Position numbers and translations under genes: made by a program. The notes under the pieces were generated by a model, which was not told the origin of the DNA, ran no database searches, and saw only the letters and a list, made by a program, of their open reading frames with translations. This document shows positions 1 through 9,217 of a DNA stretch of 32,184 bases, piece by piece. Origin of the DNA: Chiloscyllium plagiosum (lineage: Eukaryota); contig NC_057718.1 of assembly GCF_004010195.1 (NCBI RefSeq), positions 47,170,116 through 47,202,299 on the forward strand, in the 5' to 3' direction. Positions within the stretch are counted from its first letter, which is position 1. Each line of letters starts with the position of its first letter.

Positions 1-378
1 ATTAGAATCAGTCTGAACATTGTGGCACAGACAAACAGTCTCACACAGGGCACCTTAAATGCATTATCTGGGCCTACATGACACCAATTGTTAAAGTTCA
101 CTTGAGAATGTAACTTTTAAAAAGTTCTGTGATTTACATATGAAAGAATTGAAACCAACAGGTTCATTCTAAAAGATGAGAGACTTAACAAACAATCCAG
201 GTCTTTTTCAATATATAATTTAAGTTACACCACACTGTAAACTTTGGCTATAAATTTTGTGTCTTACAATCTTATACTCCACAAACCAGCGCTCCGAAAG
301 CTGGTACTTACAAATAAACCTGTTGGACTATTACCTGGTGTTGTGTACACCCCAGTCCAACATTGGCATTTCCAAATC
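1..378 (+). mobile_element. Penelope-like element 3' terminal fragment (AAATAAACCTGTTGGACTAT family)
   Basis: Terminus shared with 19259-19466 and 22525-22660; only the 3' half of a hammerhead-like motif remains (cagcgctccGAAAgct). Confidence 0.6.
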
Positions 379-389
379 TTACCTATTTA

Positions 390-1380
390 GTTGGCATAGC
401 TGTTTTTTCTATGTGAAATAGAGCTTTTCCCTTTCAGGGGTACAAACTGCTTGTGTATTGCATTAAATGTTTGTTTAAACATTCTCCATTTCTCAATTGT
501 TTTATGAATTAGCAGATTTTCCTAGTTTTCTGTGACCAACTTGTCTCATGTTATTAAAGTCTGCTTTACCTAAATTTAAAATTCTAGTAGCTGACTCATG
601 CTTTTCATTTTCAAACATATGTTATAATCATGATTTGATAAAAGTTCATACATAATTAGGTTACTAATTAAATCTGGCTCATTACGCATTATTAAATCCA
701 ATATTGGTGGCCTCCCTGTTGCATTGAGGACATATTGCTATACGAAACTTACCCAGACACACTCCAGAAATTCATTACTTTTCTGACAACTACTTCTACC
801 TCTCGCAATTTATGTTCAAGTCAAAATTCTCCATTATACTCCCATGGCTTTACTACACACTTGCCTAATTTCTGCATTTATATAATCTAGCACTTCAGAG
901 CTGCTACCAAGGGGTCTGTACAAAACACTTATTACTGTTTTAGATCCTTTATTATTCCTCAGTTCCATTTATAAGGTCTCCACGGGATGCTTTCCCCTCA
1001 GTATAGCTTCCCACACCACAAGTGATTTTGTTTCTAATCAGTAAGGCTACTCCACTCTTCATGCAATTTTCCCTATCCGTCCTGTAAAACTACAGTCTGG
1101 CATATTTAGTTTCCAATTCTGACCATGCTGCAGCCATGTCTCAGTAACGGCTACTATGCTAAAATCTCCAATTTGAATTTGTCCTATAGCTTATTTATTC
1201 TTTACAGTTCACGCATTCATTTATAGAATTGTTACTGGGGCCATACACTCTGGCCTGTCAATTAGCACTGCTGTTTATTCACCTGTTTGTTATTTCTCTC
1301 TTCTGGTTTAATCAATATATAGTTTTACCATTTCCTGCTGTACCAGAAATAGGATTCCTGAATGTCTCTTTACTCTCTGA
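390..1380 (-). mobile_element. Highly decayed CR1-type LINE, endonuclease region
   Basis: Minus-strand similarity by eye to the CR1 copy at 6600-7810; no intact ORF. Confidence 0.55.
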
Positions 1381-1399
1381 CCTGTAACTTGTTTTCAAA

Positions 1400-2050
1400 A
1401 CTGTATTGACTTAACCTGAGAAGATCAAGAAGGTACAGTTTACTTTGTTACAAACAGACAAGATAACATTTGTCACTTTGCTAAAAGCTGTTTCAATACA
1501 ATGGCAGGTGCTGAGGGTAACCTACTGAAGAATTCAAAGTTACTGAGTCTCTGAAAAGGAGGATTTATCAGGTGACAATATGCTTGAAGACTTTGAAGAG
1601 TAGGTGGACATTGGAGACGAGGTGATAGTTTGAATGATGGAGGAGTTGCTGGTTGTTTGTTTTTTTTTGAGAACAATAATGACGGCAGATTGGAAGGGAA
1701 GGGTAACAAATTGAGGAAAGAGAAACATTAAGAATTTCAGTTAATGTGATAATCAGAAAGGGAAGTTGGTTGATTAGCAACCATGTGGGAACAGAGTCAA
1801 GGGAGTAACAGGTTGGTATCATGGATAAAATAAGCTCAGAGAGGGCTGATGGAAAAGAAATCAGTGTAGAATGTAAGTTTAGAACTTGGAGCAAAGAGAG
1901 ACTTAAGAGGAATTTTGGACTGGTGGATGAAAGAAAGGGTGGCTAATAGCAGTAACAGTTGATTATATAGCCTCAATTTCATGACAAATAATTCCATAAG
2001 CTTCTCAATCTTGTTTTTGAAGAAGGGTATGATAATCTCTGAGCCCTGAG
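1400..2050 (-). mobile_element. Decayed L2-type LINE ORF2 fragment
   Basis: ORF 1568-1894 includes SMIPTCYSLDSVPTWLL...ILNVSLSS, resembling the L2 pre-RT motif (C-x-LDPIPT...IIN-SL-SG). Confidence 0.7.
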
Positions 2051-2234
2051 GGAATCATTAATTAATCTCCTGGTGGAGTTCGATAAGTATGAATTCTTTT
2101 AGTAACTGGACTGACCAACTAGAATTCATCACCTGAGTAGAGTAGAAAGTGAGGTCTGCAGACGCTGGAGATCAAAGCTGAAACTTTATTGCTGGAACAG
2201 CACAGCAGGTCAGGCAGCATCTAGGGAACAGAAG

Positions 2235-2270
2235 ATTCGACGTTTCGGGCACATGCCCTTCTTCAGGAAT
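2235..2270 (-). ncRNA. Minimal type I hammerhead ribozyme, copy A (TATDN3 sense strand)
   Basis: Reverse complement reads ATTC-CTGAAGA-A-GGGC-ATGT-GCCC-GAAA-CGTC-GAAT. Confidence 0.8.
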
Positions 2271-2340
2271 GAGCAGAGAGTGTTCAGCAGGAGAAGATAA
2301 AAGGTAGGGAGGAGGGACTTGGACTGAACACTCTCTGCTC

Positions 2341-2376
2341 ATTCCTGAAGAAGGGCATGTGCCCGAAACGTCGAAT
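2341..2376 (+). ncRNA. Minimal type I hammerhead ribozyme, copy B
   Basis: Stem I ATTC/GAAT; core CTGAAGA 2345-2351; stem II GGGC/GCCC; GAAA 2365-2368; predicted cleavage after GUC at 2372. Confidence 0.8.
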
Positions 2377-2768
2377 CTTCTGTTCCCTAGATGCTGCCTG
2401 ACCTGCTGTGCTGTTGTTCATTTCTGTGAATCCAAGACGCATTTTCTTAGATGAGGTGAATAAAACTATTCAAGTTATTCTAGGTGTTATCTCTATAATA
2501 AATAATTGCAGCTCTAGCACTAATCCCAGTGGCACTCTACTCACTCCAGGTTGCCTCCTTGAAATTTCCTAACAACACCCCAACCCGAATCCCTCCAGCC
2601 CGGCACCGCCTTCCTGACCTGCAGTCTTCTTCTTGACCTCTCCGCCTCCACCCTACTCCGACCTATCACCTTCACCTTGACCTCTTTCCACCTATCACAT
2701 TTCCAACGCCCCTCCTCCAAGTCCCTCCTCCCTACCTTTTATCTTCTCCTGCTGAACACTCTCTGCTC

Positions 2769-2804
2769 ATTCCTGAAGAAGGGCATGTGCCCGAAACGTC
2801 GAAT
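2769..2804 (+). ncRNA. Minimal type I hammerhead ribozyme, copy C
   Basis: Identical to copy B; predicted cleavage after 2800. Confidence 0.8.
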
Positions 2805-2977
2805 CTTCTGTTCCCTAGATGCTGCCTGACCTGCTGTGCTGTTCCAGCAATAAAGTTTCACCTGAGTAGAGTGCCTACCTCTGAGCCAGGAGGCCGATGT
2901 TCAAGTCCCATCTGCTCCAGAAGTGTGTAATAACATCTCTGAGAAGGTTGGTTCAAAGTTATCGCATAAAGCAGATA

Positions 2978-3135
2978 CAGTGCATTGCCCACAGTGGGCT
3001 TGGCATTTATACTTTTAATTAGCTGCATTGGTGATTACTGGTGGTGGTTAACAGATAAAAAAACTCACGGTGATTTGGTGGTGGGAAATTCACTTCATTG
3101 TGTGCTGTAACATTTCCGGATGTAGAGGAAAAAAA
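2978..3135 (+). mobile_element. L1-Tx1 LINE 3' UTR fragment with A tail
   Basis: Similar to 4470-4610 (gtgatttggtggtgggaaa...taacatttccgga...A-run); bracketed by AAAGCAGA on both sides. Confidence 0.7.
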
Positions 3136-3364
3136 AGCAGACCCAGAAAGCCCTTGTGGCACAGTGTCCCTATCTCGGTTGTGGAGGCCTGAGTTCAAGT
3201 CTCAATTGCTCCAGAGGTATGTAATAACATCTCTGAACAGGCTAATTTTAAGAAACTAAAGCAGACCGTGTGAGAGCTCTTGTAGTGCAGAGGTACTGTC
3301 CCTACAGGTTCAAGTCCGATCTGCTGCAGGTGGGTGTCATAACATCTCTGAATAGATTGATACA

Positions 3365-3582
3365 CGAGGCTCAATCTCCTCCTGCTCTCCCTATCCCTCC
3401 CTCACTGTTGATGGTTTGCATTACCCGTAATGGGCTTTACATGAAAACATCTAATTGGCTGCACAGCTGATTTACTTGTGGTGAATAGTAGGTAGAAAAA
3501 AATGTCACAGTGCTTTGGTGATGGAAAAGCCACTTGGTTATGTGTGATAACATTTCCGGATTAAAAAAAATGAAAAAAAGTT
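3365..3582 (+). mobile_element. L1-Tx1 LINE 3' UTR fragment with A-rich tail
   Basis: Similar to 4420-4610 (aattggctg...tttggtgatggaaaag...taacatttccgga, A-runs). Confidence 0.7.
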
Positions 3583-3961
3583 ATTAAGCAAATATGGAAG
3601 CTCTTGTGGTACAGTGGTAGTTTCCCTACCTCTGGATCAGGAAACCTGGGTTCAGATCCCACCAGCTCCAGAGGTGCATCATAACATGTATGAATGTGTT
3701 GATGAGAAAACATTATAAGGTGATGGCTGGCTCAGCTATACACTGGACCATGAATAAGACTGTTTCAAGTCCCATGTACTCCAGAGGTGTGTGATGGCAT
3801 CGCTGGATAGGTTGATTACTAAATTTAAAAAAAACTTTGTGGTGCTGTGGAAGTGTCCTTACCTCTCATTCTGGAGGCCTGGGTTCAAGTTCTAACTGCT
3901 CCAAGAGATGTGTAGTACCATCGCTGAATAGGTCGATTAGAAAATATATAAAGCAGACCCA

Positions 3962-4610
3962 CGCACAGCCCAACTGCTTATTTTGTGGCACTGCGGAGGC
4001 CGTAGATCATGTTTATATTTGTTGTTGATGATTGCCCTCCCTTCTTAGTTATTTAAAAATATCTTTTGTTAAGAAGTTTATTGCACTTCAGCCCCATGCT
4101 CCTGATCTTTGAACATCTGGTGCAGAGGGATGTGCGCACATCAGTGGACCCCTCGTGGGTATGCTCCTGGGCTTGGCAAAGTTGGCGATAAACAGTCAGC
4201 AGTCTGTGGAGTGAGTAATCTCTGCTGACTGTCTGCCTGTTCTGTGGTTACATTCATGTTTGGGTATCACTGAAGGAGGTGCACATGGTATCGTTCAAAG
4301 CTTTCAAAGCGTTTAGAGACAGGTGAGTACTGTGAGGGATATTTCCCTCACTGACTCGATTTTGATTTATCCCCTTCCCTCAACCCCAACCCCCCTCACC
4401 ACTCCACCCCCCCAAAATGGCCGACTCACTTTTGATGTTTTGCACTGTACTTTAAGGGCTTCTGCACATAAATATCCAATTGGCTGTATGGTGGTTTACT
4501 GGTGTTTGTTGCTGGTTGTGAACAAATAAAGTTATAGTGATTTGGTGGTGGGAAAGCTGTTCGGTTGTATGAGTTAACACTTCTAGATATGAAAAACAAA
4601 AGGAACAGAA
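3962..4610 (+). mobile_element. 5'-truncated L1-Tx1 LINE (ORF2 C-terminus and 3' UTR)
   Basis: Encodes CLFCGTAEAVDHVYIC (CxxC...H...C zinc knuckle) and, frameshifted, LLIF and LLGLAKLAIN; A-rich tail; perfect 14-bp TSD ATAAAGCAGACCCA (3948-3961, 4611-4624). Confidence 0.85.
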
Positions 4611-4744
4611 ATAAAGCAGACCCAAGAACTTTTGTGGTACAGTGGTATGACCCTACCACTGAACCCGGAACCGTGGGTTCAAGTCCGACCTGCTCCAAGA
4701 GCTGCGTAGGAACATCACTGAACAGGTTGATTAGAAAATATATT

Positions 4745-5135
4745 TTGGGCATCCGGTGCAAAGGGATGTGGGCAGTTCAGTGTACCTCCTCATGGATCTG
4801 CTCGTGGGTCTGGCCAAGTTGGCTATTAACAGGTCCAGATAGTAGACTGGAGGTGGTCATTTCTGCTAACTGCCTGCCCCTCTTCCAAGACTAAATTCTT
4901 GCTTGGGAGTCCTTGGAGAGGGAGCATGCAGTGTCTGCCAATACTCTCAATGCCTTTTAGAGATGGTGGGATATAGTGCTTTTCTCTCTCCATCCAACTC
5001 CATTTTGATTTAGCCCCTTTCTTCCTCTGTACTCCTCACCATTTGATGGCAACAAGCTGGATACGTAAATATTCAACTGGACACAAGAGTGATTTACTAG
5101 TGTGAGTTGGTAGTTACAAATAAAGTCACATTGAT
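4745..5135 (+). mobile_element. Another 5'-truncated Tx1 LINE copy of the same family
   Basis: Homologous to about 4110-4540 (ctggccaagttggctattaacagg vs ttggcaaagttggcgataaacag); begins right after the last SINE unit. Confidence 0.75.
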
Positions 5136-5302
5136 ATTTCCTGATCTGCAAAGATCCAGAGAAAACTGTATATGTTTCATGACCTGTCAGTATCTGCCAG
5201 GATGCCAGCCACCTGAACTTTCCTGACTTCATCCTTGTTTCTTTCAAGAATTAATCATTACTGACCAAAAATGTTTTCTTCCTGAAAGCTTCACTAATGT
5301 CC

Positions 5303-5425
5303 TTTAGGAAAAGAAATCTGCTGTTCTTACCTGGTCTGGCCTACATGTTTGACCAGCAATTAGGGATGGACAAGAAATGTTAGCCGAGCCAGCAACATCC
5401 ACATCCCATAAATGAATAAAGTGTA
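5303..5425 (+). mobile_element. 3' fragment of a SINE/LINE tail family
   Basis: Tail gcaattagggatggac...cacatcccataaatgaataaa recurs reverse-complemented near 6330, 11425 and 12330. Confidence 0.6.
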
Positions 5426-6329
5426 AAAGAGAGAGCGCCCATGTGTATGCGGGTGTCTTTGATTGGTTTGCGTGTGAATGTGTATGAGAGCAGTAGGGTA
5501 GCAAGACTAGAAGAATATGCACACTTCTAGTGTCAGTACTAATAGTAGAAGTCTTTCAGTTAAAGCTGAGAGTTTAAAATTTATTTTCAAGTTACTGGTC
5601 TCCACCAACATCATAACAAGCATCAGAAGGCAATAAACTCAGAGGAACTTACAATTACTTTAAAGCAAGAAGTCCTCTATACTAATGAGTATCACAGCTG
5701 TGTTTGTAAATTGCTGTATTGGTTAATGAGTGAATGCCTGGGTAGATGTACGAAATGTACAAACACACTTTGTCCATGAAATCTAGAACCTGGCCTTATT
5801 CATCAGTAAGCATTGAATAACTACTGAGTATGCCATTGCACTGCTTTCAGAGAACAATAGAAATTGCTTAATGTAAGAGAATTTTGGTCCATCTAGTTTC
5901 CCTTCTACCATCCCATCAATTGCAATGATACAATGATAATGGAGTTATTGAATAATCATAACCACTAATTGCTATCAACTGGACTATAAAAAAACTAAAA
6001 TAACAAAGAAATACCCAATGAGATCCAAAGATCCAAAGTCAATTTGCTCTTCTCTGGCATATATAATGTTTCAAATTACTGTACTCATTTCGCATATATC
6101 AAAATGTCATCCTATGAAAAAAAATCAATTTTTAAAAAAATCTAAGTCATCTCAAGTCCCAAAATTACAGAACTTTAAAAGTTACACATTTAAAATAAAT
6201 AATTGAATTACATATCATATAACTTAAAGAGTTGTAGAAAATTTGCATTTATTATTCCAAATTAAATCACCAGTGAATCTGGTCTGTATAATTTACTTGG
6301 GTATGCTCTATATGTTTTACATTTACTTT

Positions 6330-6575
6330 ATGCATTCATGAGATGTGGGCATCACTGGCCAGTCCAGCATTTATCACCTATCCCTAATTATCTTGGAGAA
6401 GGTGATGGTGAGCTGCCCTCTTGAATTGCGGCAGTCTTTGGGACGTGTGTGTATCCATAATGCTATAAGGAAGGGAATTCAGGATATTGACCCAGCAACA
6501 AGAAATATTGTTTCAAAAGAGAATGCTGCGTAAGTTAGAAGGAATCTTGTAGGTGGTAGTATTCTATTACATCCT
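6330..6575 (-). mobile_element. CR1/L2-clade LINE 3' end
   Basis: Homologous to the starts of 11425-12260 and 12330-12800. Confidence 0.65.
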
Positions 6576-6599
6576 TTATAATGGACTGTAATATTTTTC

Positions 6600-7810
6600 T
6601 AACAACAGATGTTCAACCAACTGGCTCACAGTAACCTGTTTTTTAAATGAAGGTATTACAATGGCAGTTTTCCAGTCGCTCTTCCAAATTTTAAGCATTC
6701 TTGGAAGGTTACTGTCAGAGCATCCACTATCCCTGTACTTAGATCCTCGAATATCCTAGATGCATCCCATCAGGTCCACGAGGCTTATACATTTTTAGCT
6801 GCACTATTTTGCCTAGCACTTGTTCTCTAATGATAGTTATTGTATTTATTTCCTCTCCTCCTTTTTCCCCTTAGTAATGTTGGAATGCCATTTTTGTCTT
6901 TTACTGTGAAGACTGATGCAAAGTATTCATTTAACTCCTCGGCCATTTCATGGTTCCTCATTATTACTTCCTCAGCCTTGTTCTCAAAGGGGCCCATGTT
7001 CACTTTGGCTTCTCTCTTCGTGTATTTAAAGGATGTTACCTGTCTTGATATTGCTTGCAAGGTTACCCTTACAAAGTTTATTTTGTCCTTTACTTTGGTC
7101 ATCTTGTGTTGGCTTTTAAAACTTTCCCAATCCTCTGGCTTACCTCTAACCTTTGCCATATTGTTTTTTCTTTCAATTTGATGCTTTCCTTAACTGTCCT
7201 GGTTAACCATATTTGGCTTATCCCTTTCATACAATTCTTCTTCCTCACTGGCATATATCTTTGTTGTAAGCCAGTAATCATTTTTTTAAAATGTCTGCCA
7301 TTGTTCCTCAACTATCTTTGCTGCTGAGCTCCTTTCCCAATTTACTCCAGCCAACTCTGCCCTCATTCCTTTATAATTACTCTTATTTAATTTAAGCACA
7401 GTTCTTTCCCATCCAAATCCCTCCCTCTCAAGCCAAATGCTAAATTCTTTCGAGCAATGGTTAACTGCTTCTAAGGGTGTCTTTTACTCTGACATCATTT
7501 ATTAAACCTGCCTAATTACACATCACCAGATCCAAAACAGCCTGATCCCTGGTTGGAACTATAACATACTGTTCTACAAAACTGTGCCAAATACACTCCA
7601 TGAATTCCTCTTTGTAGCTACGTCTTCCAGTCTGACCAGCCCAAACTCCATAAAGTTTAAGTCACCTATAATTAACATACTGTCTTTATTACATGCCCTC
7701 AGTATCACCTGATTTATTCTCTGTCCCATTGTACAGCTACTGTTATACAGTAGCTCCCATCAATGTCGTCTTTCTCTTTTTATTTCTTACCTTTACAATA
7801 TGGATTTTGT
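6600..7810 (-). mobile_element. CR1-type LINE ORF2 fragment (endonuclease to RT linker), decayed
   Basis: Minus ORF 6827-7159 includes EMAEELNEYFASVFTVKD, a typical CR1 ORF2 motif. Confidence 0.85.
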
Positions 7811-7887
7811 CTGATTTTTTTGTTGCCCAGGATCTATGTTTCATGAATAGAATAAAACAGAACATCTGAAAAACTGAATGAAATTAC

Positions 7888-7950
7888 CTCTCCAATTGCA
7901 AGTAAATATTCTTTATATCTTTCTATTAATGGAAGTGCAGTCTGCAAATC
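7888..7950 (-). CDS. TATDN3: TATDN3 coding exon 5 (DLQTALPLIERYKEYLLAIGE)
   Basis: Acceptor ttttctctccaccag, donor GAG|gtaatt, 63 nt, phase 0/0; ends in AIGE of the TatD AIGExGLD motif. I found no exon starting xGLD in 1-7887, so the gene continues past the window start. Confidence 0.95.
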
Positions 7951-8224
7951 CTGGTGGAGAGAAAATGAGTTTTGATAAATAGAGAACAAACAATCCAAAA
8001 TGAACAGATGAGATCAATGCTTATTTGTTGACAAAACACAAACACAAAAGGACCAAATTTTTCACAAACAGCATCTCATGGTGCACCCCATTAGTCAGGC
8101 ATACAATTGTGCTGCTAGGTTCTATACTTGTTGCCTACGAACCCACTGGTAGCGTGAGCACAACTTGAACAATAAGGCATTTAGGACGTTATTAAACAAC
8201 AGAGTATATCTCTAAAAAAACACA

Positions 8225-8900
8225 TGGAAACAGGAGTGGGGTATTTTGTCTTTCCAGTGTGTTTTGCCATTTGATAAGATCATTGTAAATCTGATGATTG
8301 TAGTCTCAACTATACTTTTCTGGCAGCCCCTCTTCCATAATCCTGACTCACTTGCCATTCAAAATTTGTCCAACTCAGTCTTAAAAGAATTCAATAACCC
8401 ATCTTCCACTAATTTCTAGAGAAGAAAATTCCACAGACTAATGACTCTCGAGAGAAAAAGAATCATCCTGATCTCAGTACTAGAAGAGAACTTTTCTTAT
8501 TAAACTGTGTCTCCTAGTTCTAATCACCCACAAGAGAAGACATCCTCTCAGTATCCACCTGATCAAGTCCCCTCAGGAACTTATATATTTTAATAAGATT
8601 ATCTCTCACTCTATTAAAATCCAAAAGGGATTGGCAAACCTGTTGAATCCATCTTTATAAGATCAGCCTTTTATCCCAGAAAAAAGTTCTCTGAACTGTT
8701 TCTAAAACAACTGTATCCTTTTCCAGATACGGAGATTGAAACTGTACACCTTATTCCAGATGTGGTTTCGCCAAGATTGGAGTAAAACATTCCTACAGGT
8801 ACATGTATATTCCATTACCCTTGCTATAAATGCCAACATTCTAGTTGCTATCCTAATCATTTGCTGTACATGCATGCTAACTTTTTGTGATTCATGTAAC
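8225..8900 (-). mobile_element. CR1-type LINE 3' end
   Basis: Minus ORF 8702-8902 (SMHVQQMIRIATRMLAFIARVMEY) resembles the CR1 ORF2 C-terminal region; typical 3' tail near 8230. Confidence 0.8.
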
Positions 8901-9132
8901 AATGAAATAAAAAGTTTGAGAAATGAACAGGAGAAGGGTTACAGAGAAAGATGAATTCAAATTGATGAATCCAAAAATCACAAGATAAAAAGAATTGAAA
9001 AAAAGACATTACAAAAGTTTCTAAAATTTAAAACTGATACGTCTAATGTTATCAAAAACAATTCAAAACCTAAAGCAATGAAACTCCACACTTACATCTT
9101 GAAAAATGACACTGATATTTGCCGGCAATTAC

Positions 9133-9217
9133 CTGCAAAGTGGCTCCACGCTGTTCTTGTGGTAGAGTTCCTTGCACTGGATGAACACCAAGGCATGGTA
9201 GCACAAATCCTGAATAC
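9133..9217 (-). CDS. TATDN3: TATDN3 coding exon 4 (YSGFVLPCLGVHPVQGTLPQEQRGATLQ)
   Basis: Acceptor tttattttcag, donor CAG|gtaatt, 85 nt, phase 2/0 compatible with exon 3; TatD GVHP motif. Confidence 0.96.

Larger units (their letters stand above)
2144..2857 (+). mobile_element. Young non-coding Penelope-like element with inverted and direct terminal repeats and three hammerhead ribozymes
   Basis: 15-bp TSD TCACCTGAGTAGAGT (2129-2143, 2858-2872); perfect 145-bp inverted repeat 2179-2323/2716-2860; perfect 92-bp direct repeat 2324-2415/2752-2843; terminus related to the GIY-YIG-coding element at 30193-31671. Confidence 0.88.
2865..4745 (+). repeat. Tandem array of about 7 diverged tRNA-derived SINE-like units of about 115 nt (approx. 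2865-2960, 3148-3255, 3274-3362, 3598-3716, 3762-3830, 3835-3948, 4626-4743)
   Basis: Shared consensus GCTCTTGTGGTRCAGTGGTAGTGTCCCTACCTCTG...GGTTCAAGTCCCACCTGCTCCAGAGGTGTGTAATAACATCTCTGAACAGGTTGATTAGAAAA with Pol III A box (TGGTRCAGTGG) and B box (GGTTCAAGTCC). Confidence 0.85.

Noticed and set aside
2865..4745. Array units as real tRNA genes or a CRISPR-like array
   Set aside because: A and B boxes are present but I see no acceptor stem closure; units are diverged and truncated; the spacers are homologous LINE tails in a vertebrate intron.
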